From the NCBI RefSeq assembly GCF_009914755.1, contig NC_060925.1: a stretch of 64,000 nucleotides of DNA. One strand, 5' to 3'. The notes under the pieces were generated by a model, which saw only the letters and a program-made list of their open reading frames with translations, made no database searches and was not told the DNA's origin. Both the position numbers and the translations under genes were made by a program. Positions 1 through 16,574 of the stretch are shown here, one piece after another. This DNA comes from the human T2T-CHM13v2.0 reference genome, Homo sapiens. Numbering within the stretch: position 1 is the stretch's first letter; the number at the start of each line of letters is the position of its first letter.

Positions 1-1757
<1,757 letters not shown>

Positions 1758-2054
1758 GAAATAGCACTTGAACATAAAAAAAAGAATATTCTGAGAAATT
1801 AGAGTTGTAAGAGGTGATTATCATTATACCAGTTTTAAGAGGTATTCAAATGGATGATGCAAAGCAATGATACTTTTAAAAGTCATAATGAACCAAAATA
1901 AATAGCCCACGTATAGTTTCTGTGATATGTTAAAAGTTTACATATAATAATGGGAGTTGTAATACAAGTAAAGGAACTTCATATCACTTCCATTTCAACA
2001 CACACCATGCATGCAATTTAACTGAGATGATTTTAAATTTAAATGAAAATAACA

Positions 2055-2413
<359 letters not shown>

Positions 2414-2531
2414 TCAGACTCTGGAATGAAGATAGTTTTCAAAGATGATTAATGTTGAAAGAAATCAGAAAGGAATGATTGACAGATTCAAAATATACAC
2501 ATATAAATTTCTAAATTAAGAAATAATGAGA

Positions 2532-2669
2532 GGCCAGGCATGGTGGCTCATTCATACCTATAATTCCAACACTAAGAGGCTGAGGCAGGAGGATGACTTG
2601 GAGTTTAAGACCAGCCTGGGCAACATGGCGAAACCCCGTATCTATGTAAAAACAAACAAACAAAAAATT
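2532..2669 (+). mobile_element. FLAM/Alu left monomer
   Basis: Single Alu monomer; TSD AAATAATGAGA at 2521-2531 and 2670-2680. Confidence 0.85.
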
Positions 2670-2680
2670 AAATAATGAGA

Positions 2681-2980
2681 GGGATAAAGAGAGGTTAATT
2701 AATGGGTACAAATATACAGTTAGATAGAAGAAATAAGACCCAGTGTTTGACAGATTAGTAGGGTGACTATAATTAACAATAATCTATTATATATTACAAA
2801 ATAGCTAGAAGAGAATAATTTGACTGTTCCTAGTATAAAGAAAATAAATATTATTACTTAAGGTAATGGATAGCCCAAATACCCTGATTTCATCTTTAAA
2901 CATTATATGAATGTATCAGTATATCACATATACCCCCCAAATATGTCCATCGGCTATGCATCAATAAAAAATAAAAAGTA
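2681..2980 (+). mobile_element. L1MA-type 3' UTR fragment
   Basis: AATGGGTACAAATATACAGTTAGATAGAAGAAATAAGAC…GGGTGACTATA motif typical of L1MA 3' ends. Confidence 0.75.
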
Positions 2981-4219
2981 AAGAAGAAATAACAAAATGG
3001 AGGAAAATATTTGTACCAAATATGGTAAATATAAAAATTTTTCATAAATAAGCAAAAGACATATAAAATAAAACAGTAAATCAACATGAAAATCATTCAG
3101 CCTTTCTAATATCAAAGAAATTAATAGTAAGGCAACAATAATGTGCCATTTTGGATTTATTTAATTTTTAAATGAAAAATGTGATTAATATGTTAAAAAG
3201 AATAAAGTGGTGAAACCAGAACACATTGCTGATTTCAACATAAAACTTTTGGAATGCAGTTAGTCAAGGTGGTTCTTAAGTCATCCAGATTTTCAAACTG
3301 TTTGACCAGTAATTCCAATTTTAGAGAATTCATACTAAGAAATGATCCAATTTGTATCTCTAGATACAAAATTATATGCATACCTTGAAAAATCATGTCA
3401 CAGTGTTTCCATGAAAGAAGACTGGAAGAGAATATACGGGAGAATTATATATGATTCTAAAATATTCTGTTTTCCAAACTTCTATAATACTGTTATGTTT
3501 TTGGATTTTTAGTCATTAAAACATAAAACCTCAGAGCAAGCACATCTCTGGGGTCTCTGACTTCATTATAGCAGAAAAGCCTCAGTAGAGAGAGAGGTAA
3601 CACCATGCAGGTTCTGGAATGAGTGGAAGTTGGTAGTTCAGGCCACAGAGATGTCCATCAGGTTTGTGATTGTTTGGCTTCTGGATGCCTGCAGACATGA
3701 CCCAGGTGCCACCTATACCTTCCCCACCCCTGTTTTCACCTAACTTCATTTGCTGCTAGAAGCCCCACCTCTGTTTATTATTTTGCTCATCAGTTCTTTC
3801 AGGAGGTTAGAGAATTGAGGAAAGTCATGCGTTTCCCTCTCAGTTCCAGAGTGGCATCTTCACAGGTTGCCTCAAAGCCTGCTGCCTGCTTTGAGAGCTA
3901 GTAGGTTGGAATTTTGGACCTTCTAGGACCTGAGGAACCATAAACCCTCCTGTGAATCCTCTGTGTGCATGCAGACTTATGCCCGTGATTACAAAAAGGT
4001 CAGGTCTTACAACAGTCATGGCACACTTTTATTTGGCGTCTCATTTAACACTTAGCCTCTTTCCCATTGATCTTACCTGCTTAGCAACCTCATAAAAGCC
4101 TCTATGTTCGACTGCACAATTCAGTGAAAAACTGACAGAGCCTACATTTCTAATAATAATGGGTAATGAAATGGTGGTATATCATCCGTATATTATAAAA
4201 GGATTAAAATAATTTATGA

Positions 4220-4550
<331 letters not shown>

Positions 4551-4663
4551 TTATGAATATATAGGTAAATGTTCAAATTATGTGGAGGGAAAAATCTCAG
4601 TATAAAAATGTATATGCATTCTAATTACTACTATGTAAAAATGTTTCTGTGACAAAAGACTAG

Positions 4664-5037
<374 letters not shown>

Positions 5038-5140
5038 GGTATGTTCTTTTATTAACATTTAAAACAAAGAAGAAAAGAATTTAAAAGGTAAATAGCTATG
5101 AGAAAAACAATTTTATTTCTCTTTCATTTTTGAAAAATAG

Positions 5141-5214
5141 ATTAACAGAATGGGCTCCGTCTTTGAGAATCGAAGTGGAATATGCTGTCAACTTGTCACA
5201 TGTTCAGCAGATTG
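5141..5214 (+). CDS. DNAI3: DNAI3/WDR63 coding exon (INRMGSVFENRSGICCQLVTCSAD)
   Basis: aatag| acceptor, |gtaagt donor, 74 nt, phase 0 to 2. Joins the next exon as …TCSADCTICFWD, a WD40 motif. Confidence 0.9.
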
Positions 5215-6087
5215 GTAAGTCTTGTTTCAAACATTTCCTAATGTGTTTTCATACATGGTGTTTTTTCTTCGATGCTCCTAAAATCAGTGTCTTCTTCTCC
5301 TTAATATTTATGGTAGCAATTAAATCTAATATAACTAAATGAAAGAATGTTATGGATTGTTGCTAGCTTAAAAATTGTTTTATAGAGTTAAATGTTATGT
5401 AAAGAAGAATTAACTAAGCTTTGTGGTTGATAACGTTGTATAGCATTATCCATAGTTCTTCTTCACATTCTCATATTTGTAAATTTGTAATATATGTTAT
5501 TTATATTCAGTTTTATCTAAGAATTTTGAAGATTACAACATTTAATTGGGAAAGCCTCTTTTTAAAAGTAGAAGAGTTTTTACATTTTTATTGTATATTT
5601 ATAAAAAGTGTTTTTATAAACAACTCGGTAGCTACTTTGAAGAAGATTTACTTAAATAAAATTACATCTCCCAGTTTATAGAACTAAGAATTCGTAATGA
5701 AACAGGAAATATGAAGAGTAATATCATTATCTAGCATCCAAATGTTGGACAAACTTTCCCATTCCAAATCCTTTGACCCCAGTGGAAACAATGACACCAT
5801 ATGCCACAGAAAAAGTTGTGGAGTGGCAGAAGAAGGCACAAGTGATGTTAGTAGCAGCCATGGGCCAGGGATGAGGGAGACATGATTAATCCTGTGAGCA
5901 TGTGTTGGGGAAGATTCTGTGACTACAGGCAATGAGAATTGACTGTGGCTAACTTAAGGGAAAGAAATAAGCTTATTGGAAATAAATGTATTGGATATTT
6001 ATGCCAATACTCTACTGAGTGCTTTAATGGGTTAACTATTTTTATATTTGCAACAACCCTGAAAAATATTTACAGATAGAAAATATG

Positions 6088-6190
6088 AGGTGCGAGATTG
6101 CGCCATTGCACTCTAGCCTGGGCAACAAGAGTGAAACTCTGTCTCAAAAAAAAAAAAAAAAAAGAAAAAGAAAGAAAGAAAAGAAAATAT
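6088..6190 (+). mobile_element. Alu right-arm 3' fragment
   Basis: GAGATTGCGCCATTGCACTCTAGCCTGGGCAACAAGAG followed by an A-rich tail. Confidence 0.85.
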
Positions 6191-6578
6191 GAGGCTCTGA
6201 AGGCAAATTCATATTCCACCTATAGCTGACTAAATATAGAGTGAGTTATATGTAACACTACTGAATGTCCTATATTGTAGCTAGTAAGTAATGACATTCC
6301 TGAATCAAAGGAAGAGCTGACTTGGGCCTTGGAAACAGCCCCAGAGATTTGGGTAGCAGGAACAAATGGCCAGCCCCTTTTCTCTGAATGAATCAGTGCC
6401 AATCATTGTGTCCCGCTGCTCAAGATTCAAATTAACTGGAAGGGGTGTGCCTGGCTCCTACTGTATCATGAACCCATCCCTTTAGCCAGGAAAGAAATGA
6501 CAGAGCACCTTGAGTGACGATCCCAACCTGACTGCATGTAATGGAGAACGGGGTGGTTCCCCAAAGAACCACTAGAAT

Positions 6579-6733
6579 GCCCCGTCTCTACTAAAAATAC
6601 AAAAAATTAGCTGGGCATGGTGGCACATGCCTGTAGTCCCAGCTACTCAGGAGACTGAGGCAGGAGAATCACTTGAACCCAGGAGGCGGAGGTTTCAGTG
6701 AGCCGAGATCATGCCACTGCACTCCAGCCTGGG
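6579..6733 (+). mobile_element. Alu internal/right-arm fragment
   Basis: CCCCGTCTCTACTAAAAATACA…CACTCCAGCCTGGG. Confidence 0.88.
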
Positions 6734-6829
6734 TACTTCTTGTCTTGTTGGGTGCCTACTGTGTACAAAGCACATTATATCCAACTCTGTGTATGTTATT
6801 TTCACTATATCACTTTTAAGATTATGTAA

Positions 6830-8400
6830 CTTTGATGAAACACCAAAAGTGCAAGCAATGAAAGAAAAAAATAGATAAATTGGACTTCATCAAAATTAAA
6901 ACTTTTTGAGCTTCCAAAGTTACTACCAATAAAGTGCAAAGACAACCACAGAATAGGAAAAAATATTTACAAATCATATATCTGATAAAAGACTTGTATC
7001 CAGAATATATAAAAGAACTCTTACCATGCAACAATAAAAACCCAAATGACCCAATTAAAAAGTGAACAAAGGTTCTCAGTAGATATTTCCCCAAAGAAGA
7101 TACACAAATGGTCAATAAGCACATAAAAAGATGCTCAATATCATTAGCTGTCAGGGGAAGGCAAATAATGAGACCTAGAATAGCCAAAACAATCTTGTCA
7201 AGGAAGAAAAAAGTTGGAGGACTCACACTTCCAAATTTCTAAACTGTCTACAAAGCTATAGTAATAGAGACAGATGTACTAGAACTAGCATAACAATAGA
7301 TACATAGATCAATGAAATAGACCTGAGAGTCCAGAAATGAACCCATACATCTTTGGCCAACTGATTTTCAACAAGGATGCCAAGACAATTCAATGGATAA
7401 AGAATAATCTTTTCAACAAATGGTGCTGGGACAACTGGATATCCACGTGCAAAATATAACGTTGGATTCCTATCTCACCCTATATACAAACGTTTAAAAT
7501 GGAATAATGACCTAAATGTAAGAGCTAAAACTAGAAAACTCTTAGAAGAAAACATAGTCACGTATCTTCATGACTTTGAATTGAGGGGTGATTTCTTAGA
7601 CATTACAACAAAAGCACAAATGCAACCCAAAACTACTTTTGATGAAATACAACTTTATACCCACTACAATGGCTATAATCAAAAGACAAAAAGCAACAAG
7701 TGTTGGTGAACGTGCAGAGATTTGGATAAATTGTAGTGATTACACATTGCTGATAGAATGTAAAAATGGTGCAGTTGCTTTGGAAAACAATCTGGCAGTT
7801 CCTCAAAAGATTAAACACAGAGTTACCATTTAACCCAGCAATTCCAGTCCTAGATACACCCAAGAGAAATGCAAACATATACAAATGTTCACTGGCAGCA
7901 TTTATAATAGTGAAAAAGCTGTGGTGGGGAGGTGCAGAATTCAAATTTATTTATCAAATGTACTGATGAGTGGATACATAAAATGTAGTATACCCACACA
8001 ATGGAATATTCATCAGTAAGGAGTAACGAAGTCCTGATACGTGCCAGCCACAACACAAATGAGCCTTAAAAACATGCTAAGAGAAAAATGGCAGTTACAA
8101 AAGACCATATATGATTCATTTTATTAAATGTCCAGCATAGTAAAATCTATAGAGCTAAGAAGCAGATCAGTAGTTGTCTAGGGCTGGTGGGATGGCTTGG
8201 GAAAAACTGCTAATAGGAAGCAACTGCTAATCTGCATGAGGTTTTTTGGTGAGGTGGGAGAGTGTGATGAAAATCTTCTAAAATTGATTGTGGTGATGGC
8301 TTCCCAACTCTGTGACTATATTGAAAACCATTGAGTTATACACTTTAATTGGATGAATGTTGTAGTATATGATTTATATCTAAATAAAACTTACATTTTT
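6830..8400 (+). mobile_element. Old L1M fragments (ORF2 3' end and 3' UTR)
   Basis: Degenerate ORF2 motifs (ORF 7766-7966 'LWKTIWQFLKRLNTELPFNPAIP'; TTCAACAAATGGTGCTGGGACAACTGG). Confidence 0.85.
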
Positions 8401-8648
8401 AAAAGATTGCATCAAACTCAATTCTCATATGTTATTAGTCCCAAGATGAGGGAGGCTGTTAACTCAATAAACAGTTTAATTCTCTAAAATATAAAGTACA
8501 AAGCTGTCTTGTTTCATAAAAATCTTAGTTTCAGATACATTAAAATATAGCCATGGTCACAATGCTAATATGTAGCAGCATTAATGGTAGTCCTGAGGCT
8601 GCACCTCTTGTTTGTACTTAATAAAAAATATATATAAATTTTTTTTAG

Positions 8649-8793
8649 CACAATATGTTTTTGGGATATTAGACCACAGAAACCTTTAACCCCCCAAACA
8701 ACAGAGAAAAAGAAGGAGGAAAGTATTGAAATTCCTTTTGATGTACCATCTACTTTTTTGCATCTGGATCTCTCCTGGAAACCTCTCACTAAG
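8649..8793 (+). CDS. DNAI3: DNAI3/WDR63 coding exon (TICFWDIRPQKP…LDLSWKPLTK)
   Basis: ttttag| acceptor, AAG|gtaagt donor, 145 nt, phase 2 to 0, open frame. Confidence 0.93.
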
Positions 8794-10663
8794 GTAAGTA
8801 ATGTGGGGTTTTTAGTCCATCCTGCTTGCATAATACACTATTTACTTTGCATGCATAGACATACATATACACACACTCTCTAAAAGTAGAGCAGCTCAGA
8901 TTAACACAAGACTGTACAATTTGTGTTTATTCAACCAATAAATTCCTTGATTGGGAGGATTTTTAGTTTTATTTTATTTTTAATTGATACATGTTATTGT
9001 ATATATTTACACAGATTTACTTTGTGTAATCTGTGTAATACACACATACACTGTGTATGATTTACACAGATTTACTTTGGAAAGCTGACAATGAAGAAGT
9101 ATATGGTTGCTGATGTAGCTGATGTTTGCAATATACAGAAAAAGGGAGCAGAAAAACATTTCAGTCATTCTAACTGTGCCAATAACAATGATAAGTTTCA
9201 GAGTTCCTGGGAGAGCTTCAAGCTCTCATTATTTTTTAATTATTATTTTTGGATTCAGGGGGTACATGTGCAGGTTTGTCCCATGGTTATATTGTATAAT
9301 TTTGGGGTTTGGGCTTCTGCTGAACCCATCACCCAGGTAGTGAACATAGTACCCAATAGGTGGTTTTTCAACCTTTGCCTCCCTTCTTTCCTTCCCCCTT
9401 ACAAGTTATTTTGATGCCTCTTTAGATCCAGGTAGAAATCAAAATCATCATGAATTCAAGATTGATATTTCATGTATAAACAAGCCACAATTTCCAAATG
9501 GTGTGTGTAATAATTATCCAATAGCATGTCAGTTGCCTGAAAATTGGTTGGTGCTCAAGTTAGTCCAGAAAAGCTAATTTTCCTCCCTACTGTAGCCAAA
9601 ATTCTGCCTATCAAAATTTTGCCTATCAATAGAAGGAACTGGTATTGTTCCTTCTGTACGTTTTTTGGGATATTAGACCACGGAAAGCTTGATAATACCT
9701 ATGACCAAACAGAACTGAAAATTAACTGAATGAGAAGTTGTTTGTATTTATCTCACATAGCAGAGCTTGAAGAAAAGCAGTTTTAATTTGAGAAAAATAT
9801 GGCTATGGACAAGATATGTGTGGAAAATATAAATGGACTTCAAACTTGATGGCTCTCTTTCTTTAGAATGTCTAGTTTTAAGTTTAACTTAATACTTTTC
9901 TTCTGATTTATAAATATCACAAGAATTATATTATTTTGTATTTGCTCCCAATGGAAGAGAGAACATGGAGGAATAAGAATATTGCTGAGATAACTGGGAA
10001 ATAATTGGAAAGAGAAGATTATAAATTTGGGGGACTGGGGGTAGGATCTACTGAGCTATGAATAGTTCAAACAAACAACCCCAAACTCATCTAAGAATAA
10101 TTGCATAGCATGTGGACAAACATCCTGAAGGAGAAAGGGCTGAGGGAGCTGTGAGGGAAAACTGTGAAGTGTGACAGTTTCTCTTTCCAGCCACCAGGAT
10201 GCAGTGCAGGCCCAGGGCCTTCTGGAACTCCAGTGCATGTGTTCCTGAGAGGACTTGGAGGTGGCCAAGCAGATGCAAGGTCCCTGCACAACTTTCTGGG
10301 GTCTCATTTAACTGAATGATTTAGGGAACAGGGTAACAAGTAATTATTTTATATTAAAACTCTTAAGGATGTATTATGGAATACAATACAAGGCATTTTT
10401 CAGAAAGAAAATGACACATGAGAATTTGGGATGTGGAAATGTGTCCTCAGACAAGCTCCTTTCTGTAGCTGGGTTTAGAAATGTGGTTTAGGTGCTTTCC
10501 ATGGAGGAAAGAAACTAGAAATTTGAGGGAGGAAAGGGAAGGAAGAAAAAAAAGGAGGTGGGTTTCCTTCAATATGGGAGCAGAAGGGAAAGGCAAGAAT
10601 AAATTACCCAAGGATAATTTCAGGATATGTGGAAATAATCTTTGCTATATGTTCTCCCAAAAG

Positions 10664-10751
10664 GTAAGGCTGTCCAAGGGTGAAACAAGTTTAGACCACT
10701 GTCCAACCAAGATAAGCCTGAATGAAGACCATCTTCTTTGCAAAACACAAG
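10664..10751 (+). CDS. DNAI3: DNAI3/WDR63 coding exon (VRLSKGETSLDHCPTKISLNEDHLLCKTQ)
   Basis: ctcccaaaag| acceptor, G|gtaact donor, 88 nt, phase 0 to 1, matching both neighbours. Confidence 0.88.
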
Positions 10752-10785
10752 GTAACTGCCTTTGCTTATTTAAAAAAAAAAAAAA

Positions 10786-11140
<355 letters not shown>

Positions 11141-12399
11141 TTATGACTAACGTGAGTTACTCACTAGGATAGTCTAATTTGTAAAAAGAATACAGAAAAT
11201 CAAACCCTCCAATGTGGAACTTTATAATGGCAATAATAGCTATTGCCAACGCATTAAAATTGCCTATACACAAAAAAGATTCAGTTCATTTCAGCTTCTC
11301 AAAATATTTATTGAGCACATTTATGTGTCTTCAAAAACTCATTACATTAAAATAAAATGAAGCCCACTTAATGAATGTTACATGCTCAAAGAATAATGCT
11401 ATAGGATGGAACACATCTGAAGTCTAGTAAAATAAGTTATGAAGTATCAAGAAACAAATTACCATTCTCAATTAGAATATAATTTTTAAAAATAATATTT
11501 ATACGGCACCAAGATAAAACTGAATAAAGAAAGAAAACTGACTTTTAAATCTATCTCAACTCAACCCACACATCTTTGCTGAAATAATTGAAGGGGGCAC
11601 ATATAAGCTGTCAAAACTATTAAGATAAAGGTATGCATGAATATCCCACCTGGAGAGCAATGCATAATGAAAATGTTCGAGAATAACTAGCAATTGAAAT
11701 ATTTCCCAAACATTCGCCTTATCAAAAGGATTTCCATTTATGAATTTTTCAATGTTAAATGATAGAATATCTAAGAAAAACACATACCTAATACCCAGCT
11801 TGAGCAAAATTTCACTTTGAAGCCATGTGTTTTATTGATATAACCCAAAACCTCATGCTAAAAAATACTGATTCACTAAACTTTTATAGACATTGTCAAA
11901 GCATTATTAAAACATTGCATGCTGTTTCTCTATTAGGGCCTGCTTCATTCTAGAGGGAATCTAACGGGAGTTTTCTCCTTCTCCACCTCTCCTCCTCTTC
12001 CTTCTTTTCCTCCTCTTTTGTATTTGATCATTGGTTATAATGTATCACATTCCAGCCATGGTTCAGGTACGGTGCTACTATTGCACATACTTTCATTCAT
12101 TTAACAGATATTTGTAATTTGCTTACTTTGTGCTAGGCCCCAGGGGTACGATGGTGAGCAAAAACAGATGCTAATGATCACAACAATCTGCAAGCTGGGA
12201 ATTTCCATTACCATTTTATAATTAAGAAAACCAAGGCTGAGAGAGGTTAATATAACTTGTAAAAAGGTAACTTTATTAAATGTCCTAGTATTATTTTTTA
12301 ACCTAATGAAAACAGGTGGCCAGGAGGATGAGACTACCTTTATCCAGTTTATAGGAAGGATATCAGTATCTCTTTTAAAGTGTGAGGGGTTTTTATTCA

Positions 12400-15190
12400 T
12401 TTTTAACAACCACACTGAGGTATAATTGACATACAATGAACTGCATATTGTCAAAGTGTTTAATTTGATATGCTTTGACATATGTACACACCCATGAAAC
12501 CATCAACATAATCAAGATAATGAACATATTCACCACTCCCAAAAGTTTATTCATAGAGGAATTCCCTTTGGGACACTTCCCTCCAGCACCTCCCTCACTC
12601 CCAGGCCACAACGGATCTACTTTCTGTCACTATACATTAGTTTTCATTATCTAGAATTTTATGTAAATCATACAGTATATACTCTTTTTTTTTTAAGAGA
12701 TGGGGGCTCACTCTGTCACCCAGGCTGGCATGGAGGGGCATGATCATAGTTCACTGCAGCGTCTAACTCCTGGGCTCAAGCAATCCTCCTGTCTTAGCCT
12801 CCTGAGTAGCCAGGACTACAAGCATGCGCCACCACATGCAGCAATCTGGCTTCTTTTAATCAGCATGATTATTTTAGAATTAATTCATGTTGTCTGAATG
12901 AATCCTTTTTATTACAGAGTGGCATTTCATTGTATGGATACACAACAGTGGTTTATCCATTCACCTGTTGATAAACATTTGGATTTTTAGCGTAGACCTA
13001 TTACAAATAAAGCTTTTATGAACATTCATGTACAAGTCTTTGTATAGACATATGCCTTCATATTTTCCTGGGTACATCCCTAGGAATAGAATGGTTGTAT
13101 TATATGGCAGGTGTATGTTTTACTTTTTCAGAAACTGCCAAAGCATTTTCCAGTTTTACCAGTTTACATTCCCACTAGCAGTGTATGGAGAGTTCCATTT
13201 TCTCCACATCCTTGCCAACAGTTGATATGGTTAATCCTTTTAATTTAACCATTCTAAAATATACAGTCGGATCTCATTTACACTTACCTAATGACTTAAG
13301 TTGTCAAGCAAATTTTCGCATGTTTTTTGCCACCTGTATATCTTCCCTGGTTAAGTGTCTGTTCAAATCTTTTGCCCATTTATCAGTTGGGTTGTTTGTT
13401 TTATTTTTATTTTTGAGACAGAGTCTCGCTCTGCTGGCCAGACTGGAGTGCAGTAGCATGGTCTCGGCACACTGCAACCTCTGCCTCTGGGTTCAAGTGA
13501 TTCTCATGCCTCAGCCAACCGAGTACCTGGGATTATAGGCATGTGCCACCAAGCCCAGCTAATTTTCATATTTTTAGTAGAGACAGGGTTTTGCCATGTT
13601 GGCCAGGCTGGTCTCGAACTCCTGTCCTCAAGCAATCTGCCCAAATCGGCCTCCCAAAGTTCCAGGATTATGGATGTGAGCCACCACATCTGGCCTGTTT
13701 GTTTTCTTATTATTGAATTCTGAGAGTTCTTAATATATCTTATATACTAGTTCTTTCTCAGGACTAGTGATATGTGATTTTTAAATATTTTCTCCTAGTC
13801 TGTGATTTGTTGTCTCATCTCTTAGCAGTCTTTTGAAAATCAGAAGTTTTTAATTTTGAGGAAGTCCAGCTTATCAATTTATTCTTTTGTGGATCATGGT
13901 TTTGGTGTTGAATTTAAGAAATGTTTGCCTAGCCCACAGTTGCCAATGTTTTTTCCTAATTTTTCTAGTTTTATGGTTTTACATTTAGGGCTATGATTTC
14001 TTTTGAGTTAATTTTTGTAATTGGTATATGTTATGGATCAAAGTTCATTTTTTTGTGTATGGTATTCCCACACCATTTGTTGAATACACCATCCTCTTTC
14101 TACTGAACTGCTTTGCACCTTTGTCAAAAAACACTTGTCCATATATATGTGAGTCTATTTCTAAACTCTATTCTGTTCCATTGACCTATCTTTAGAGCAA
14201 TACGACACTGTTTTGATTATGCTAGCTTTATAATTAGTCTTGAAATTAGATAGTGTTAGTTTTCCAACCTTTTTTTTTTCAAAGTAGTTTTTGACTGTTG
14301 TAAGTTTTTTGCTTTTCCATGTGAATTTTAGGAACAGCTTGTTATGCATAAAAAGCTAGCTGTGATTTTGACTGAGATTGTATTGAATCTGTAGGTCAGT
14401 ATTATGAGAATTAGCGTCTAACAAAATGAGTCTTCTAACCCATAAACACAGTATATCTGTTCGTTTATTTAGGTCGTTAATTTCTCAGATATGTTTTGTA
14501 TTTTACAGTGTACAGGTCTTTCACCTCTTTTGACAGGTTTATTTCTATATTCTTCATATTTTTTGGTGCTCTTGTTAACGGTACTTAAAATTTTTTAATT
14601 TCCAATTGTTCACTGCCAGTGTATAAAAATACAATTTGTATCTTTTTTTTTTTTTTTGAGAAGGAGTCTTGCTCTGTCGCCCAGGCTAGAGTGCAGTGGT
14701 ATGACCTTGGCTCACTGCACCTCCATCTCCTGAGTTCAGGTGATTCTCCTGCCTCAGCCTCCCGAGTAGCTGGGACCACAGGCATGTACCACCACACCAG
14801 GCTAATTTTTGTATTTTTAGTAGAGATGGGGTTTCACCATGTTGGCCAGGCTGGTCTCGAACTCTTGACCTCAGGTAATCCACCTGCCTTGGCCTCCCAA
14901 AGTGCTGGGATTACAGGTATGAGCCACCACGCCTGGCCTACAATTTATCTTTGAATATTAATTTTGTATCCTGAAATCTTGCTAAAATCTCTTACTAGTT
15001 ATAGTGGCTTCTTTTAGACATACTGAGTTTTCTATATAGATAATAATGTCATTTGCAAATAGAGACAGTTTTACTTCTTTTCCAATCTGGATGATTATTT
15101 TTTTCTTACCTGATTGCACTGTGTAGAGCCTCCAGAATGTTAAATGAAGTGTGAGAGTGGACATCCCTGTTTTGTTCCTGATCTTTGGAG
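12400..15190 (-). mobile_element. Old L1M (antisense) interrupted by Alus at about 12685-12840, 13405-13696 and 14643-14938 (all - strand)
   Basis: Reverse L1 ORF2 motifs (ORF 14982-15164 'IQIGKEVKLSLFANDIIIYIEN'; ORF 14161-14349) with nested Alu sequences. Confidence 0.85.
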
Positions 15191-15659
15191 GAAGGTCACT
15201 CTATGGCCATGATCTGCCTCCTGTGTGAATGGCCAGCTTTCAAGACTTTGAGATCAACTATGGTATTTCAGATTTCCTTTGGTCACACTGCCGACTATCC
15301 GCCCATTCTGACCAGACTTGGCCCTGTTAACTAGAATATACTCATAAGGTTCTTGATCACATTTTGATTCTTGATCCTGTACTGGTTTCTCCTTTGACTG
15401 TATCACAAGTCCTCGCTATCCCACCATTTTCTCTTGAGGCCTGTTGAGACTTAGTGTCAGTGTCTGGTACTCTGTCACTATCTAATGGCCAGGGACCACC
15501 CACCCTTTGTCTGCCATTTTAGGTCCATGACAACCCATGCTCTTCTAAGTGGTCACTTTAAGAAATTCTGTATTTATTCTGATAAGGAAACCCTTGCTCT
15601 AAATGCTTTTGGAATTCCTCTGTTGGAATAGCCTTTAGAGCCTGACATATATTCTTCTA

Positions 15660-16120
15660 AGCAATGTGGCATAGCAGCTATGACGGTAGATTCTGGAGTT
15701 GATGGTCTGGGTTTAAATCCCAAAGCCACAATGTATTATTTGACCAAGTTAAATTACTTTACCTCTCTGTACCTTAGTTGTTTTTTTGCTTTTAAATCCA
15801 TTTGAAAATAGAGTGAGGAAGATGAGGGGAGTAAATAATAAAGAGAACTACCTCATAGGGTGTTGTGAAGATGAAATGAGTTATACACGAAGCTCTCAGA
15901 ATAGCACATAGTCAACACACAGCAAATGTTAACTACCATGTGTGAGACCTTGCATAAATTACTTAATCTCTCTAAGCCTCAGTTTACTCATCCTTGGAGG
16001 AGGATGAATGCATAACCACCTGGAAGTTCTTGTGAGGACTGAATGAAATGGTTCCTATAAAGCACACACTTTAGTGCCTGGCATGTAGTAAGCATTCAAT
16101 AAATGTCAGATGCTGTTATT
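15660..16120 (+). mobile_element. Two MIR elements
   Basis: MIR core motifs (CTCTCTAAGCCTCAGTTTACTCATC; GTTGTGAAGATGAAATGAG; GTGCCTGGCATGTAGTAAGCATTCAATAAATG). Confidence 0.75.
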
Positions 16121-16258
16121 ATTACTATCTCAAAGGATGGGAAATCCATGACCTATGAGGATGATTTTGAATCTAAGTATCCAAAGTTATTCCCGTCAAC
16201 TCTGAATAAACATAGTTAATAACATTTTTCCCTAGCCTCACCTTCTTTGACTCTATCA

Positions 16259-16574
16259 TAGCCTTCCCCAACCTTTTTTGCACCAGGGACCAGTTTTGTG
16301 GAAGATAATTTCTCCACTGGGTGGCAGGGGGAGGTGGGGGCAGGGGGGCAGGCATTAGATTCCCATAAGGAGCGTGCAGCCTAGATCCCTTGAATGTCCA
16401 GTTCACAATAGTGTTCACGCTTCTGTGAGAATGTAATGCTGCTGCTGTCTGACAGGACATACTGCTCAGGCAGTAATGCTCTTTCGCCCACCTGCTGCTT
16501 GTCTCCTGCTGTGCTGACCAGTTCCTACCAGGCCACGAACCAGTATCTGTGGCCCAGGGGCTGCAGACCCCTGC
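16259..16574 (+). mobile_element. MER1B-like hAT-Charlie DNA transposon
   Basis: Begins CCCCAACCTTTTTTGCACCAGGGACCAGTTTTGTGGAAGA, contains TTAGATTCCCATAAGGAGCG, ends GACCCCTG. Confidence 0.85.

Noticed and set aside
10056-10307. GC-richer patch open in three minus-strand frames, as a possible pseudogene fragment
   Set aside because: No recognisable protein, poly(A) tail or TSD, and it is not needed for DNAI3 phase continuity.
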